From IMG/VR virus record IMGVR_UViG_3300021082_000020, positions 1-64,000 of that record: a stretch of 64,000 nt of DNA, one strand, 5' to 3'. The notes beneath the pieces were generated by a model. It was not told where the DNA came from, searched no databases, and worked only from the letters and a program-made list of their open reading frames with translations. Of the stretch, positions 1-8,643 are shown piece by piece (within the stretch, counting starts at the first letter, position 1; every line of letters starts with the position of its first letter). The stretch is from a virus. Lineage: Duplodnaviria > Caudoviricetes. A program made the translations under genes and the position numbers.

Positions 1-652
1 GCAACGCGGCCTGTTGTCGGACCGCATTGTTCTGCGCCATCGCCTTGTCCATGCGCTCTCGCGAGTACATGGCCGCGGCTTGTGTCGTCATATGCCCCTG
101 CTGCACTGACTGCTGCAGATCAGGGGGAAGCGAGATGCCGAGGTACTCCTCGCAAAGTTTCATGTAGGGGCGCGTCCCCTCATAGAACTTCACGAAGTCA
201 CCGCGGCGCATCGCCGCCATCAGCTCAAGGCCAAACAGGAAATCGTCCTGACCGATATCGTTCTTGCGAAGATAATCGGTGACCTTGCGCGCCATATCAG
301 CGTCCGGCTCGAGCGCCTTCAGTCGCTGCACCTCGCCCGACAACTTCTGTCGTTGCGAATTGAGCTTCTTGATGCGCCGTTGCGCGGCTTTGGAAAGCTT
401 GGCTAGTTCGTCAGGTGTCGGCTCTTCCGACAATTCGGGTTCGCGTTCGGACTTCCTTGCGACTTGGGATGGCGGATCCCCCTTTGAGCCGTCGGTGTCT
501 GAGTAGTCGTCATCCTGTCGCAGCTCAGGCACTGCGCTCTGGATGGCGTCTAGAAGACTACCGCCGGTATCGCCGGCGTCCGTACCTGGCGAAGGTACCT
601 GCTCGATCGACGGCACTACCTCGGCGGGTAGTTGCTTGTCGTCATCTGCCAT
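1..652 (-). CDS. Capsid scaffolding protein, copy A (runs off window start)
   Basis: Hand translation MADDKQLPAEVVPSIEQVPSPG..., homologous to 47928..48974; directly downstream of portal. Confidence 0.75.
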   Translation of the reverse strand, partial: MADDDKQLPAEVVPSIEQVPSPGTDAGDTGGSLLDAIQSAVPELRQDDDYSDTDGSKGDPPSQVARKSEREPELSEEPTPDELAKLSKAAQRRIKKLNSQRQKLSGEVQRLKALEPDADMARKVTDYLRKNDIGQDDFLFGLELMAAMRRGDFVKFYEGTRPYMKLCEEYLGISLPPDLQQSVQQGHMTTQAAAMYSRERMDKAMAQNNAVRQQAAL

Positions 653-665
653 ACTTAATTCCCCC

Positions 666-681
666 GGTGCCGATCGGCACC
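666..681. promoter_or_regulatory. Perfect 16-bp palindrome GGTGCCGATCGGCACC just upstream of the scaffold RBS
   Basis: Identical at 48988-49003; the portal-scaffold spacer is conserved between copies. Confidence 0.5.
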
Positions 682-718
682 TTCAAGCGATCATTACGTC
701 AATTCAGGTTGTTTGTCA

Positions 719-3304
719 TCAACCCGGCATGGTCGGCATCGTCACCTGCTGCGGCATCGGATGCGGCCGAGGCGGCGGCGCGCCTGACAGTGTCTGCTGC
801 GCATCAGGCGCCGACGGTGGCGGCGCCGCCTTGGCGCCGCCATCTGGCGCGTTGACGGCACCCTGCGGCCCCATAGCCGCGCCCGGTGCAGCGCCTGCAC
901 CGGCCGCGGTTGGGCCGGCGCTGCCAGACATAGCACCGTTCATCGCAACGATACTCGGCAGCGAGGACTTGAATGCCTCGGTCAGATCGAGCCGATCGTC
1001 GAGCCGGCGCAGCGTGTCCTTGGCCAGGAACTCCGGGTCGATGCCGGGAAGTTGAATGAGCAGCGGCATCAGCCGCTGGGCGTTGGCGATCTCCTGCGCC
1101 TGGTTGGGGCGGCCCATGGAGCCCGCCTCGATCTCGAGCAGGATCTCGTTGGCGATGTCCTGGGCGACTGGCTCGGCCGGCCACACCGCGCCCTGGCCGA
1201 CGATCTTCTTCACCCGGTCCTGGCTCATCTCGCGCATCAGTATCTGGCCACCGTTGCGCGCCAGCTGCGTCAGCAGGTCGTTGAGGTCGTCGATGTTGGA
1301 CCCCATCGATGTCATGCGGCTGCCTTCGGCAATCTGTGCCTGGGTCGCCGTGGTGTTGGAAGTACCACCCAGGTTGGCTTCCTGAATACCTGTCGTCCGC
1401 AGAATGTCTTCGTAGACGGGATTGACCTCGTACAAGTTCGGATCGATGCCGGGACCGGCGTAGGGCTGCAACAGTTGCTTCACATCCTGCTGCGGCTGCA
1501 GCGCGTTGAACTCGATCACCGCATTGGCTTCGCGGTTGGTCAGCTTCTCCATGTCCTCCTCGTCCATGGAGCCCGCCACTACCGCGGTGAACGGCCGGCC
1601 GGCGATCCGCTGCTCTTTCAGGCCCTCGCGGCAGCGGTTGTACTCGAGCTGCATGTCGCGCATTAACCTGACGTCGCTCGGCGGGAACAGCTCGTTCTCA
1701 TCCTCGATGCCATTGAAGATCAAGGCGTACCAGGGATAGAACCGCTCGTTGTAGATCTCCGGCGAGGCCGGCTCTTTCAGGAACTCGCGGTAGCCATCGC
1801 ACACCACATAAACCAAACCATCGTTCCTATTGTAGATCTCCCAGACAAGCGCGTTCGGCTCGCCGCGGTTCTTGTCTTTGTCCTTGGCGCTCATCCAGTC
1901 TTCCATCGCCTTGGATGGATCGGTGTCGGTGTCGCTGCCGTATTCGGTGCAGTGACCCCTAACATCTACGCCATAGATCTCTTCGATCTCGCTGACGGAT
2001 AGCAGATACTCCTCGGCGACCCAGCCGGCGGCGACCCAGTTGCGCAGATCGATGCACTTGATGTCCGGGATGATCCGGGTCGACAACGGGAAATCAAAGG
2101 TAAGCCCTTCCCGCACCACCGCGCCGCGCGCATTGGTTAGATCCTTCAGCAACAGCCGCAGCTGCTCGGCTTCCATGTCGCTGTCGTCGGTGATGGCGTC
2201 GGTGGCGTCGGCCGCCAGGCGCTCGAGGGTGGCCAGTCGCTCGTTGGCGTCGGCGATGCCCTTCTCCAGGTCGGGCCGCAGCTGCATCACCCGCTCGAAC
2301 CCGAGCTTCACATAGGCCACGCCGTTGGTGACGGCGCGCCGCACCGACATCTTCAGCATTGATTTGAACGGATGCGGCTGGTTGTCGACCTCGTAGGCGT
2401 AGAGCAGCTCGAGTGTCCGAGCGAGCTTGTCCATCATAATGTTCTCGGCTTTGACCCGAGCCGCATCCATCATGATGTCGATGCCGGAACCGACCGCCTG
2501 GGCGACCATCGGCGAGCCCGGCGGCACCATGCCGCCGGCGGCGGCACCGGCCGCAGCCTGGCCGAGCTGGTCGCCCAGCCCCTGCGGCTGCTGCATTTCG
2601 CCAGGGATCGGACCGGCGCCCATGCCGGGCATGGTGGCGCCGCCCAGCGCGGCGCCCACCTGGCCGGAGATCTGATTGATGTCGGGCGACGGCGCCATCG
2701 CCGGGCTGGGCGGCGGACCGCCGCCGGCCATCAGCATGCCGATGTCGGGCGGCTGCCCGGTTGCCATCGGCATCATGCCCTGGATCGCGTTGCCGGCCTG
2801 ACCCATCATTCCTGGCGGCATGCCGCCGGCCATCGGCCCCATGGCGCCAGTCGCCTGCGCCTGCTGCATCATCATGGCGGCAGACTGCATCAGCTGGTTC
2901 AGGGTGGTCTGGCTCTCGTCCCAGCTGGTGGCATTGAGCCGCGGCCGTTTTCTCGCGACGGCTTTTGGATTTTTGGCGTACAGAAACGCCGTCTTTTGCG
3001 CCACCAACCTGAGGGTGAGGTTGGCGACGTAACGCTTGTCCTTGGCTTCCTTGGACCACTGCTTGCCGAAGCAGAACTCTTGATCTTCCCGCATCCGGTC
3101 GAATGAAGGTTTCCAGTACCGCTTGGCCTTCTTGACCTTGGATGTCCAGTCGCGGACCAGGTTGCGGCGGCGGTCCGGCGGATCCGGGTTGGCGCGCGGG
3201 ATCGAGTTTGGCTTGCCGGTGGTCGGATTGATATCCGGCTCGCTGGATTTCTCGTCGAAGCCGGCAAACACACGCATCATGTCGTCTTGGAAGGCGTCTA
3301 CCAT
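719..3304 (-). CDS. Portal protein with Met/Gly/Pro-rich insertion, copy A
   Basis: 861 aa between TerL and scaffold; podoviral portal-like segments (VWEIY, GIQEANLGG..TATQAQI, IEAGSMGRPN). Confidence 0.85.
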   Translation of the reverse strand: MVDAFQDDMMRVFAGFDEKSSEPDINPTTGKPNSIPRANPDPPDRRRNLVRDWTSKVKKAKRYWKPSFDRMREDQEFCFGKQWSKEAKDKRYVANLTLRLVAQKTAFLYAKNPKAVARKRPRLNATSWDESQTTLNQLMQSAAMMMQQAQATGAMGPMAGGMPPGMMGQAGNAIQGMMPMATGQPPDIGMLMAGGGPPPSPAMAPSPDINQISGQVGAALGGATMPGMGAGPIPGEMQQPQGLGDQLGQAAAGAAAGGMVPPGSPMVAQAVGSGIDIMMDAARVKAENIMMDKLARTLELLYAYEVDNQPHPFKSMLKMSVRRAVTNGVAYVKLGFERVMQLRPDLEKGIADANERLATLERLAADATDAITDDSDMEAEQLRLLLKDLTNARGAVVREGLTFDFPLSTRIIPDIKCIDLRNWVAAGWVAEEYLLSVSEIEEIYGVDVRGHCTEYGSDTDTDPSKAMEDWMSAKDKDKNRGEPNALVWEIYNRNDGLVYVVCDGYREFLKEPASPEIYNERFYPWYALIFNGIEDENELFPPSDVRLMRDMQLEYNRCREGLKEQRIAGRPFTAVVAGSMDEEDMEKLTNREANAVIEFNALQPQQDVKQLLQPYAGPGIDPNLYEVNPVYEDILRTTGIQEANLGGTSNTTATQAQIAEGSRMTSMGSNIDDLNDLLTQLARNGGQILMREMSQDRVKKIVGQGAVWPAEPVAQDIANEILLEIEAGSMGRPNQAQEIANAQRLMPLLIQLPGIDPEFLAKDTLRRLDDRLDLTEAFKSSLPSIVAMNGAMSGSAGPTAAGAGAAPGAAMGPQGAVNAPDGGAKAAPPPSAPDAQQTLSGAPPPRPHPMPQQVTMPTMPG

Positions 3305-4872
3305 CCTTGCAGGCCCCTCGCCCGAAGATCTCGACCCTCACGCCGGCGCGTGTTTGCAAACAGCTCGCGGTAGGTGCCGGTCAAGACTTCCGGCTCGACC
3401 TTCCTGCCGCGGGTTCGCCCGTGCATCTTCGACAGTCCTAGCCCAACCAGGCTCAAAGTGTCGACCACGTCGTCGTTACTGCCGTGCGGAAACTTCAGGA
3501 TTTGGTCCTGCATCTCCGACCATGAACGGATGAATCCTGGGAAGTGTACCATCTTCATGCTGGTGCGGGCCTGGATCGCCTGCGCGCGCTGCTGCTTGTC
3601 GGCCGCGGGATTGATCGGATCGATCGCACAGAACGCCTGCTTCTCGGCCATGCGCCGGCGCAGGAAGGGACCGAGGCTCTTGGTGATGGCGCCACCCTCG
3701 GCCCACCAGAACATCGGCTTATATTTCTTCATCAGCACGATCATGCTCTCGACCGCCTGATGCGAATCCAGCCGGTCCCAGACCATGTCCGGCATGATCC
3801 AGATGTTATCCTTCTCGTCGACGCCGACGATCATCAGACAGGTCTTGTCGGCGGACTTGGCTACCGACACCGCGTGGTCCGACGCCCCATAGAATCTAAG
3901 GGTATGAAACGCCGGGACGTCATCCATTTTATTGTAGGTGACCAGGTCGCTATCCTTGAAGAAGGCCCCATCCTTTGGCCCTGGACGGCCCTGATACAGC
4001 GCAGCAAATCCACGCGGATCGGTGGCACGAATATCCTCCAGATATTGCTTGGTGAACCGCTCCGGCCATAACGCTTCGCCGGGTTTGCGGCCGAGCACGT
4101 CGTTGTCTTCGGCTAGCGCCGGCAGATCAATCTTGCGCCAGGCTTTGGCTTCTTCGACGTTGTAGTACGGATTAAGCGGGTCGATAAGCCGGCCAACGAG
4201 ATCGTCTTCGGTCCACCGGGTTTGGACGATGACGATAGTGCCAGTCGAATCCATGAGGCGAGTTCGGAGGACTTGATTGTACCACTGCCACAGCTTCTCT
4301 CGAACGATGACTGAGTCAGCTTCAGTTCGATCCTTAATAGGGTCATCCAATAGGATGCAGTGGCCACCGCGGCCGGTGATCGAGGAACCGCGTCCCACAG
4401 AGAAGACCACGCCATCACGGGTGGTTTGGACTCGGTTGACAGCATTTGCTCCAACCTTGATCTCGACATCGGGGAAGACCTGCTTGTATTCTGGTGTCTC
4501 CATGATGTCGCGGACGCGACGACCCAAGTCCCAGGAGTAATGCTCATTATATGTTGCGACGATAATGCTCCTGTCGGGATGGCGACCAACGTACCAGGCG
4601 GGGAACATCGCACTTGCCAGAGTAGTCTTGCCAAATCTGGGTCCGACATTGATCATCAATCTCCGGTAGTCGCCGCGCTCGACCTCTTCAAGCGAGCGAC
4701 CGATCATGCGGTGGAACGGTTGTGGCTTGTACAGCGACTGCCCGACATCGTCATCGTAGTTGGGATCAGGCATCATCAATTCTGTAAACGCTATCAAATC
4801 ATCGCGGGCGATGAGGATTGCGCGTTTACGCTTCAGCAGTTTCCGTTGGACGTCCTTTTCAGAGTCCGTCAT
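3298..4872 (-). CDS. terL: Terminase large subunit, copy A
   Basis: Walker A GPRFGKT, Walker B ILLDD, VQTRW coupling motif, C-terminal nuclease FPHGSNDDVVD. Confidence 0.95.
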   Translation of the reverse strand: MTDSEKDVQRKLLKRKRAILIARDDLIAFTELMMPDPNYDDDVGQSLYKPQPFHRMIGRSLEEVERGDYRRLMINVGPRFGKTTLASAMFPAWYVGRHPDRSIIVATYNEHYSWDLGRRVRDIMETPEYKQVFPDVEIKVGANAVNRVQTTRDGVVFSVGRGSSITGRGGHCILLDDPIKDRTEADSVIVREKLWQWYNQVLRTRLMDSTGTIVIVQTRWTEDDLVGRLIDPLNPYYNVEEAKAWRKIDLPALAEDNDVLGRKPGEALWPERFTKQYLEDIRATDPRGFAALYQGRPGPKDGAFFKDSDLVTYNKMDDVPAFHTLRFYGASDHAVSVAKSADKTCLMIVGVDEKDNIWIMPDMVWDRLDSHQAVESMIVLMKKYKPMFWWAEGGAITKSLGPFLRRRMAEKQAFCAIDPINPAADKQQRAQAIQARTSMKMVHFPGFIRSWSEMQDQILKFPHGSNDDVVDTLSLVGLGLSKMHGRTRGRKVEPEVLTGTYRELFANTRRREGRDLRARGLQGW

Positions 4873-5086
4873 CGGTGTGCTTATACTTCGCCGCCGGCAC
4901 GTCCGGCATCTTCTTGATCGACGCCTTCGGCTTGGAGCTGATCGTGCTCGGCTCGACCGGGGTCGGCTGCGGTCCCTTCACTGGCGAGGTGTGATGCGTG
5001 AAGTTGTCCTGGGTCTTAGACACTGGCGGCGGCTTGGCCACCGGCGGCGCCTTGATGTTCACAGTCTTACCGATCTTGGATGGCAT
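4859..5086 (-). CDS. Small basic Pro/Lys-rich hypothetical protein
   Basis: 75 aa, conserved at 53208..53435, overlaps TerL start. Confidence 0.7.
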   Translation of the reverse strand: MPSKIGKTVNIKAPPVAKPPPVSKTQDNFTHHTSPVKGPQPTPVEPSTISSKPKASIKKMPDVPAAKYKHTDDGL

Positions 5087-5125
5087 GAGGTTCCCCTAGG
5101 TTGAAAATCCGAAAAAATTTTTGGG

Positions 5126-5287
5126 CTAGGTCGCGTCTTCGTCGTCGTCCTGCATCAGCACGCCGACACCGTTGACGGTGATCTGCAAGTCGACGCCGTC
5201 TGGCACGGTCAGTGCGATCTCGATCCGCGGCGTGAGCGGCTTGACGATGGGATTCTCGGGTGTGAACACATCCTGCGGCGGCTTCAT
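5126..5287 (-). CDS. Small hypothetical protein (MKPPQDVF...)
   Basis: AGGAGA RBS before ATG at 5287; conserved at 53479..53643. Confidence 0.65.
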   Translation of the reverse strand: MKPPQDVFTPENPIVKPLTPRIEIALTVPDGVDLQITVNGVGVLMQDDDEDAT

Positions 5288-5288
5288 G

Positions 5289-5465
5289 TTATCTCCTGAC
5301 TGTGCAGCGTTCCATCTGGATAAGGTTTCGCGCCAGTTGTCGGCAGGCGGTTTCGGCATTGATGGCATCGATCTCGTAGCGGGAATAAAACGGCGGTCGT
5401 TCGGTCACGGTGGTCACGATACAACCGGATAACAGGACGGCGAGCATGGCCAGGACGAGGATCAT
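5289..5465 (-). CDS. Small lipoprotein, o-spanin candidate (not in ORF track)
   Basis: Hand translation MILVLAMLAVLLSGCIVTTVTERPPFYSRYE..., 58 aa; lipobox LSGC; homologue at 53645..53827. Confidence 0.7.
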   Translation of the reverse strand: MILVLAMLAVLLSGCIVTTVTERPPFYSRYEIDAINAETACRQLARNLIQMERCTVRR

Positions 5466-5669
5466 CTAGAGCCTCATTGGTGTCACCACACCCAACAGGC
5501 CGGCGATGATGTAGACGATGATCAACACCACGATGACGGTGATCAGCACTGACACCACAGTTCTAAACTGCGGCGGCATTGGCACCATGGGCAACAGGGC
5601 TTGCACCGCCCACAGGATGACGCCGAGCACCACCAGCAGCAGGACGATCGAGATCAGCGTACCGATCAT
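5466..5669 (-). CDS. Two-TM small membrane protein, holin candidate (copy A only)
   Basis: 67 aa, two long hydrophobic helices split by PMVPMPPQFR; next to the lipoprotein. Confidence 0.6.
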   Translation of the reverse strand: MIGTLISIVLLLVVLGVILWAVQALLPMVPMPPQFRTVVSVLITVIVVLIIVYIIAGLLGVVTPMRL

Positions 5670-5678
5670 GCTAGCCCC

Positions 5679-6251
5679 CTAGCGTCGGCGCGGAATCACC
5701 TTCTGGCCGACGAATTGCGGCTCGATCATATACTTTGTTTCGTCAATGGTAATGGGGCCACCGGCACTAATCGGCGTGCCGTCCGGCACCGGCGGTGGGG
5801 CTTCACCCTCACCCTGTTCAAAGCCAATCTGATTATAGGTTGATTTGACATCATAGGCGCGGTTGAGCGCATCGGCGGCACCCATCCGCTCGACGAACAC
5901 ATTGAGCGGGCCTTGCAGTTCTGGGACAGCCGCACCGGCGGCAAAGTTGGCGACCAGGTCGGTGTCGGAGGTGAGGCTGAACGTATAAATCGGGTACATC
6001 GACGCGACCAGGCCGTTGATGTAGGTCCACTGCACGAAGTGCTTATCGACGTTTGGCGTGGCTTGCACCGTCACCGTGGCGCCGATCGGATAGACGCCGC
6101 CGCCGCTGGTCATGCCAGCGTCAGGCGGCGAGGCGATGGTTGAAAGGGTTCTGGTGGTCGCTTGCGGGTCGACAACAACGACAACCGGCGGCGGCGTTTC
6201 CGTCGCCACCGGGTGCGGCTCAAAGTCAGGATTTTTAGGCCAGTCGGTCAC
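5679..6251 (-). CDS. Putative virion protein with a divergent InlB B-repeat-like (Ig-like) domain
   Basis: ASPPDAGMTSGGGVYPIGATVTVQATPN..FVQW..YTFSLTSDTDLVANF; termini match 54004..54291. Confidence 0.65.
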   Translation of the reverse strand: MTDWPKNPDFEPHPVATETPPPVVVVVDPQATTRTLSTIASPPDAGMTSGGGVYPIGATVTVQATPNVDKHFVQWTYINGLVASMYPIYTFSLTSDTDLVANFAAGAAVPELQGPLNVFVERMGAADALNRAYDVKSTYNQIGFEQGEGEAPPPVPDGTPISAGGPITIDETKYMIEPQFVGQKVIPRRR

Positions 6252-6589
6252 TTATTCCTTCGCTCCGGGTCTTCCTCCACTGGCGGATTGGGCGCCTGCG
6301 GGTTGTCGGGCGGCTGGCCCATCGGGTCGATGCCGCTATGCTGCTTCTTGGCCAGTTCGACCGGATCGGACGTCTGACCCGGCGTGTCAGGGTGCTCCGG
6401 CTGGTCACCCGCAGTCCGCCGGTGTTGCTGTTCTTGGTGCTTGGTTGCAGTGCGGGGTTCGTCGTCGTCATCACTCGACTTCTTGGACATCTTAGATTTC
6501 CTCCGCTTTCGGGGTGTGGCCGGCTTCCTCCGCGCAGTCACCTTGCGCTTGCGCGCAACAACCGGGCGCTTTCGCTTGGCCTTCTTCAT
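6248..6589 (-). CDS. Protein with very basic N-terminus and acidic/Pro-rich C-terminus
   Basis: MKKAKRKRPVVARKRK...; conserved at 54288..54602. Confidence 0.6.
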   Translation of the reverse strand: MKKAKRKRPVVARKRKVTARRKPATPRKRRKSKMSKKSSDDDDEPRTATKHQEQQHRRTAGDQPEHPDTPGQTSDPVELAKKQHSGIDPMGQPPDNPQAPNPPVEEDPERRNK

Positions 6590-6617
6590 AACAGCACATG
6601 CTCCGTATCGTTGCAGC

Positions 6618-6830
6618 TCATTTTGCTTTTTCGCTAATGGGCTGGCAGGACTTAGCTAATTCGGCGATTAAGCTGTCGCGCCGCTCCGACGCAGATGAAA
6701 TATGGTAGAGCGTAAAAAACACCACGCCAAGGCAGACGATGTTGATGATGACGAGCGGCAACGCCAGCGGTCCCGCGGCCGCCAATCCCTTAGCAACCTC
6801 GCCCGCCACCTTGCCGGTGTACTCAATCAC
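6618..6830 (-). CDS. Single-TM membrane protein (i-spanin or holin accessory candidate)
   Basis: One TM helix plus short helical tail with Cys; conserved at 54633..54845. Confidence 0.55.
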   Translation of the reverse strand: MIEYTGKVAGEVAKGLAAAGPLALPLVIINIVCLGVVFFTLYHISSASERRDSLIAELAKSCQPISEKAK

Positions 6831-7345
6831 TTTTTCCTGGCTTCCAGCGCCTTGACGCGCTTCTCCAAAGCATCGAGCCGCTCGTCCGGCGATATATACA
6901 CCGGCAGCGGCGGCGGATCCGACAGCGTGTTGGTCTTCGGATCGTAGGTCTTGCCGCCGAAATCCTTCTGCGGATCGTCGCCGGTGTAGCCGGTAATCTC
7001 GATCACCCGCTGATTGATCGAGTGGATCGCGGTCGGATCGTAGGTGGCGGCGCCGACGATACTCCGATTGAAATGTGGGTGGTGGTAAATGTTGCAGACC
7101 ACGCTGCCAGGCTTGAAGTTCGGCACCGGCTTCGGCCTGTCATCGACCAGCAACGCGCCGGTGGTCGGGTGATAGGTCGACGGTTTCGGCGGCTGCATCA
7201 GTAGGAAGTTGGGCCGGACGTAGTCGTACCAATCAACCAGGTCGGCCTGGCGCCTGGCATAGACGGCGCCGCGCGGCGCATCCTTCTGCGGCTGCACCGG
7301 CTGGTATTTGACCCACACGCCGTGGTCGATGATTTCCATGGTCAT
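6827..7345 (-). CDS. Tail fibre assembly/chaperone-like protein
   Basis: Directly follows a tail fibre gene; DWYDY motif; C-terminal LEKRVKALE coil; conserved in copy B. Confidence 0.55.
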   Translation of the reverse strand: MTMEIIDHGVWVKYQPVQPQKDAPRGAVYARRQADLVDWYDYVRPNFLLMQPPKPSTYHPTTGALLVDDRPKPVPNFKPGSVVCNIYHHPHFNRSIVGAATYDPTAIHSINQRVIEITGYTGDDPQKDFGGKTYDPKTNTLSDPPPLPVYISPDERLDALEKRVKALEARKK

Positions 7346-8634
7346 GCCGCTTCCGATGCGTAGTAGCCGCCAGCGGTCTTAACCTGCAGCACACGGTAAC
7401 GCTGCGTTAAAAAAGAGCCGCCGAAACCGCTCGGAATAGCGCCGCTGCCGCCGGTTTGGCAGGCGGTCGGGCCAAACGGTTCAGTCAGTCCCTCGTCGCT
7501 GCTGTGGACATAATCGCCGACATAAACCAGGCGGGTCTGAATCAGCGGCTCGCCGTCGCGGGTGGTAAAAAACCGATAGGCGATGCCCTCACCGTGCGAC
7601 CAGCCGCCCATATAGAACTGGCCGTCAGTCGCCATGCCGAAGTTGCAGGCGAAGTAGCCGGCGCAGTGGAACGCCATGGTCGGATAAGGCGGACCTTGCA
7701 GCATGACGCTGGAGGGTGTCGCCGAGGCGAAATAGACGCTGTTGTTGAAGAAAGTGTGATTGGTGTTGCTGGGATGGGAAGATCCGCCGTTAGCCGACAA
7801 CGTACCGCTGAAAGTGGCAACGCCTGCACTGAGGCCGGCGCCGACCACCAGGCCGCCGTTCGGCATCTGATAGTTGGTGCCATCAAAGCCGACATAATGG
7901 GCCTGGTTGCTGCCGAGGAAGGCGTAGCCGACATTTGCGCTGCGGTAGGCGTAAAAGTCGGCAGCGACCTTCAAATCGCCAATCATGGTATCGCCGGTCT
8001 TGCTAACCTTGCCGGCGGCGGTCGTGGCGACAGCGGCGTCAGCTGCGTCGACGTAGTCCTTGCGCACGGCATTGGCCGCGGCCGGCGACGTCGGCAACGA
8101 TAAATGCCCAGTCATAGTCGAACCGGCCTTGGCGACCTTCTCGGCTTCCAGCTCGGCGATCGCCGCCTGCACGTTGGTGGCAGCGATATCGCCAGTCGGT
8201 ACCGACGGCACCAGGTTGGCGGCCGGCGGCGGCGGCGCGGAATCGTCGACGTATTTCTTGGTAGCGGCTTCCAGGTTGGTGGTCGGCGGTCCGGCCAGGG
8301 TAAGCGGCCCACTCAGAGTGCCGCCGGTCAGGAGCAGGTAGCCACTGCCCGGCGCCTGCGTGGCCATGCGCCACTGCGTCGGATTGAACGAGCCCGGCTG
8401 GACGACATTGAGCGCAACATAAAGAGCGTCCTGGTAGACGACAAAGTCATTGAGCAAATACTGCGCTTTCGGGTCGAAGTAGCGCACCGCGATCAAGGCC
8501 AGCGGCAGCCCCTCGGGGTCGCCAACCGCGATCTGCCGGGTCGACGTATTGACGATGATTTCGCCCTTCTCGATCGGATGCGGGAACACCACGGTCGGAT
8601 CGCTGTCGCGGCGGTGGCGGTAGTGTGAAGTCAT
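7342..8634 (-). CDS. Tail fibre protein (Mtd-N-like N-terminus)
   Basis: HYRHRR..KGEIIVNT..IAVGD; repeated GGTLSGPL/GSTMTGHL and ATKKYVD motifs; AFHCAGYF..GGWS tip motif. Confidence 0.8.
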   Translation of the reverse strand: MTSHYRHRRDSDPTVVFPHPIEKGEIIVNTSTRQIAVGDPEGLPLALIAVRYFDPKAQYLLNDFVVYQDALYVALNVVQPGSFNPTQWRMATQAPGSGYLLLTGGTLSGPLTLAGPPTTNLEAATKKYVDDSAPPPPAANLVPSVPTGDIAATNVQAAIAELEAEKVAKAGSTMTGHLSLPTSPAAANAVRKDYVDAADAAVATTAAGKVSKTGDTMIGDLKVAADFYAYRSANVGYAFLGSNQAHYVGFDGTNYQMPNGGLVVGAGLSAGVATFSGTLSANGGSSHPSNTNHTFFNNSVYFASATPSSVMLQGPPYPTMAFHCAGYFACNFGMATDGQFYMGGWSHGEGIAYRFFTTRDGEPLIQTRLVYVGDYVHSSDEGLTEPFGPTACQTGGSGAIPSGFGGSFLTQRYRVLQVKTAGGYYASEAA

Positions 8635-8643
8635 CGCATCCCC

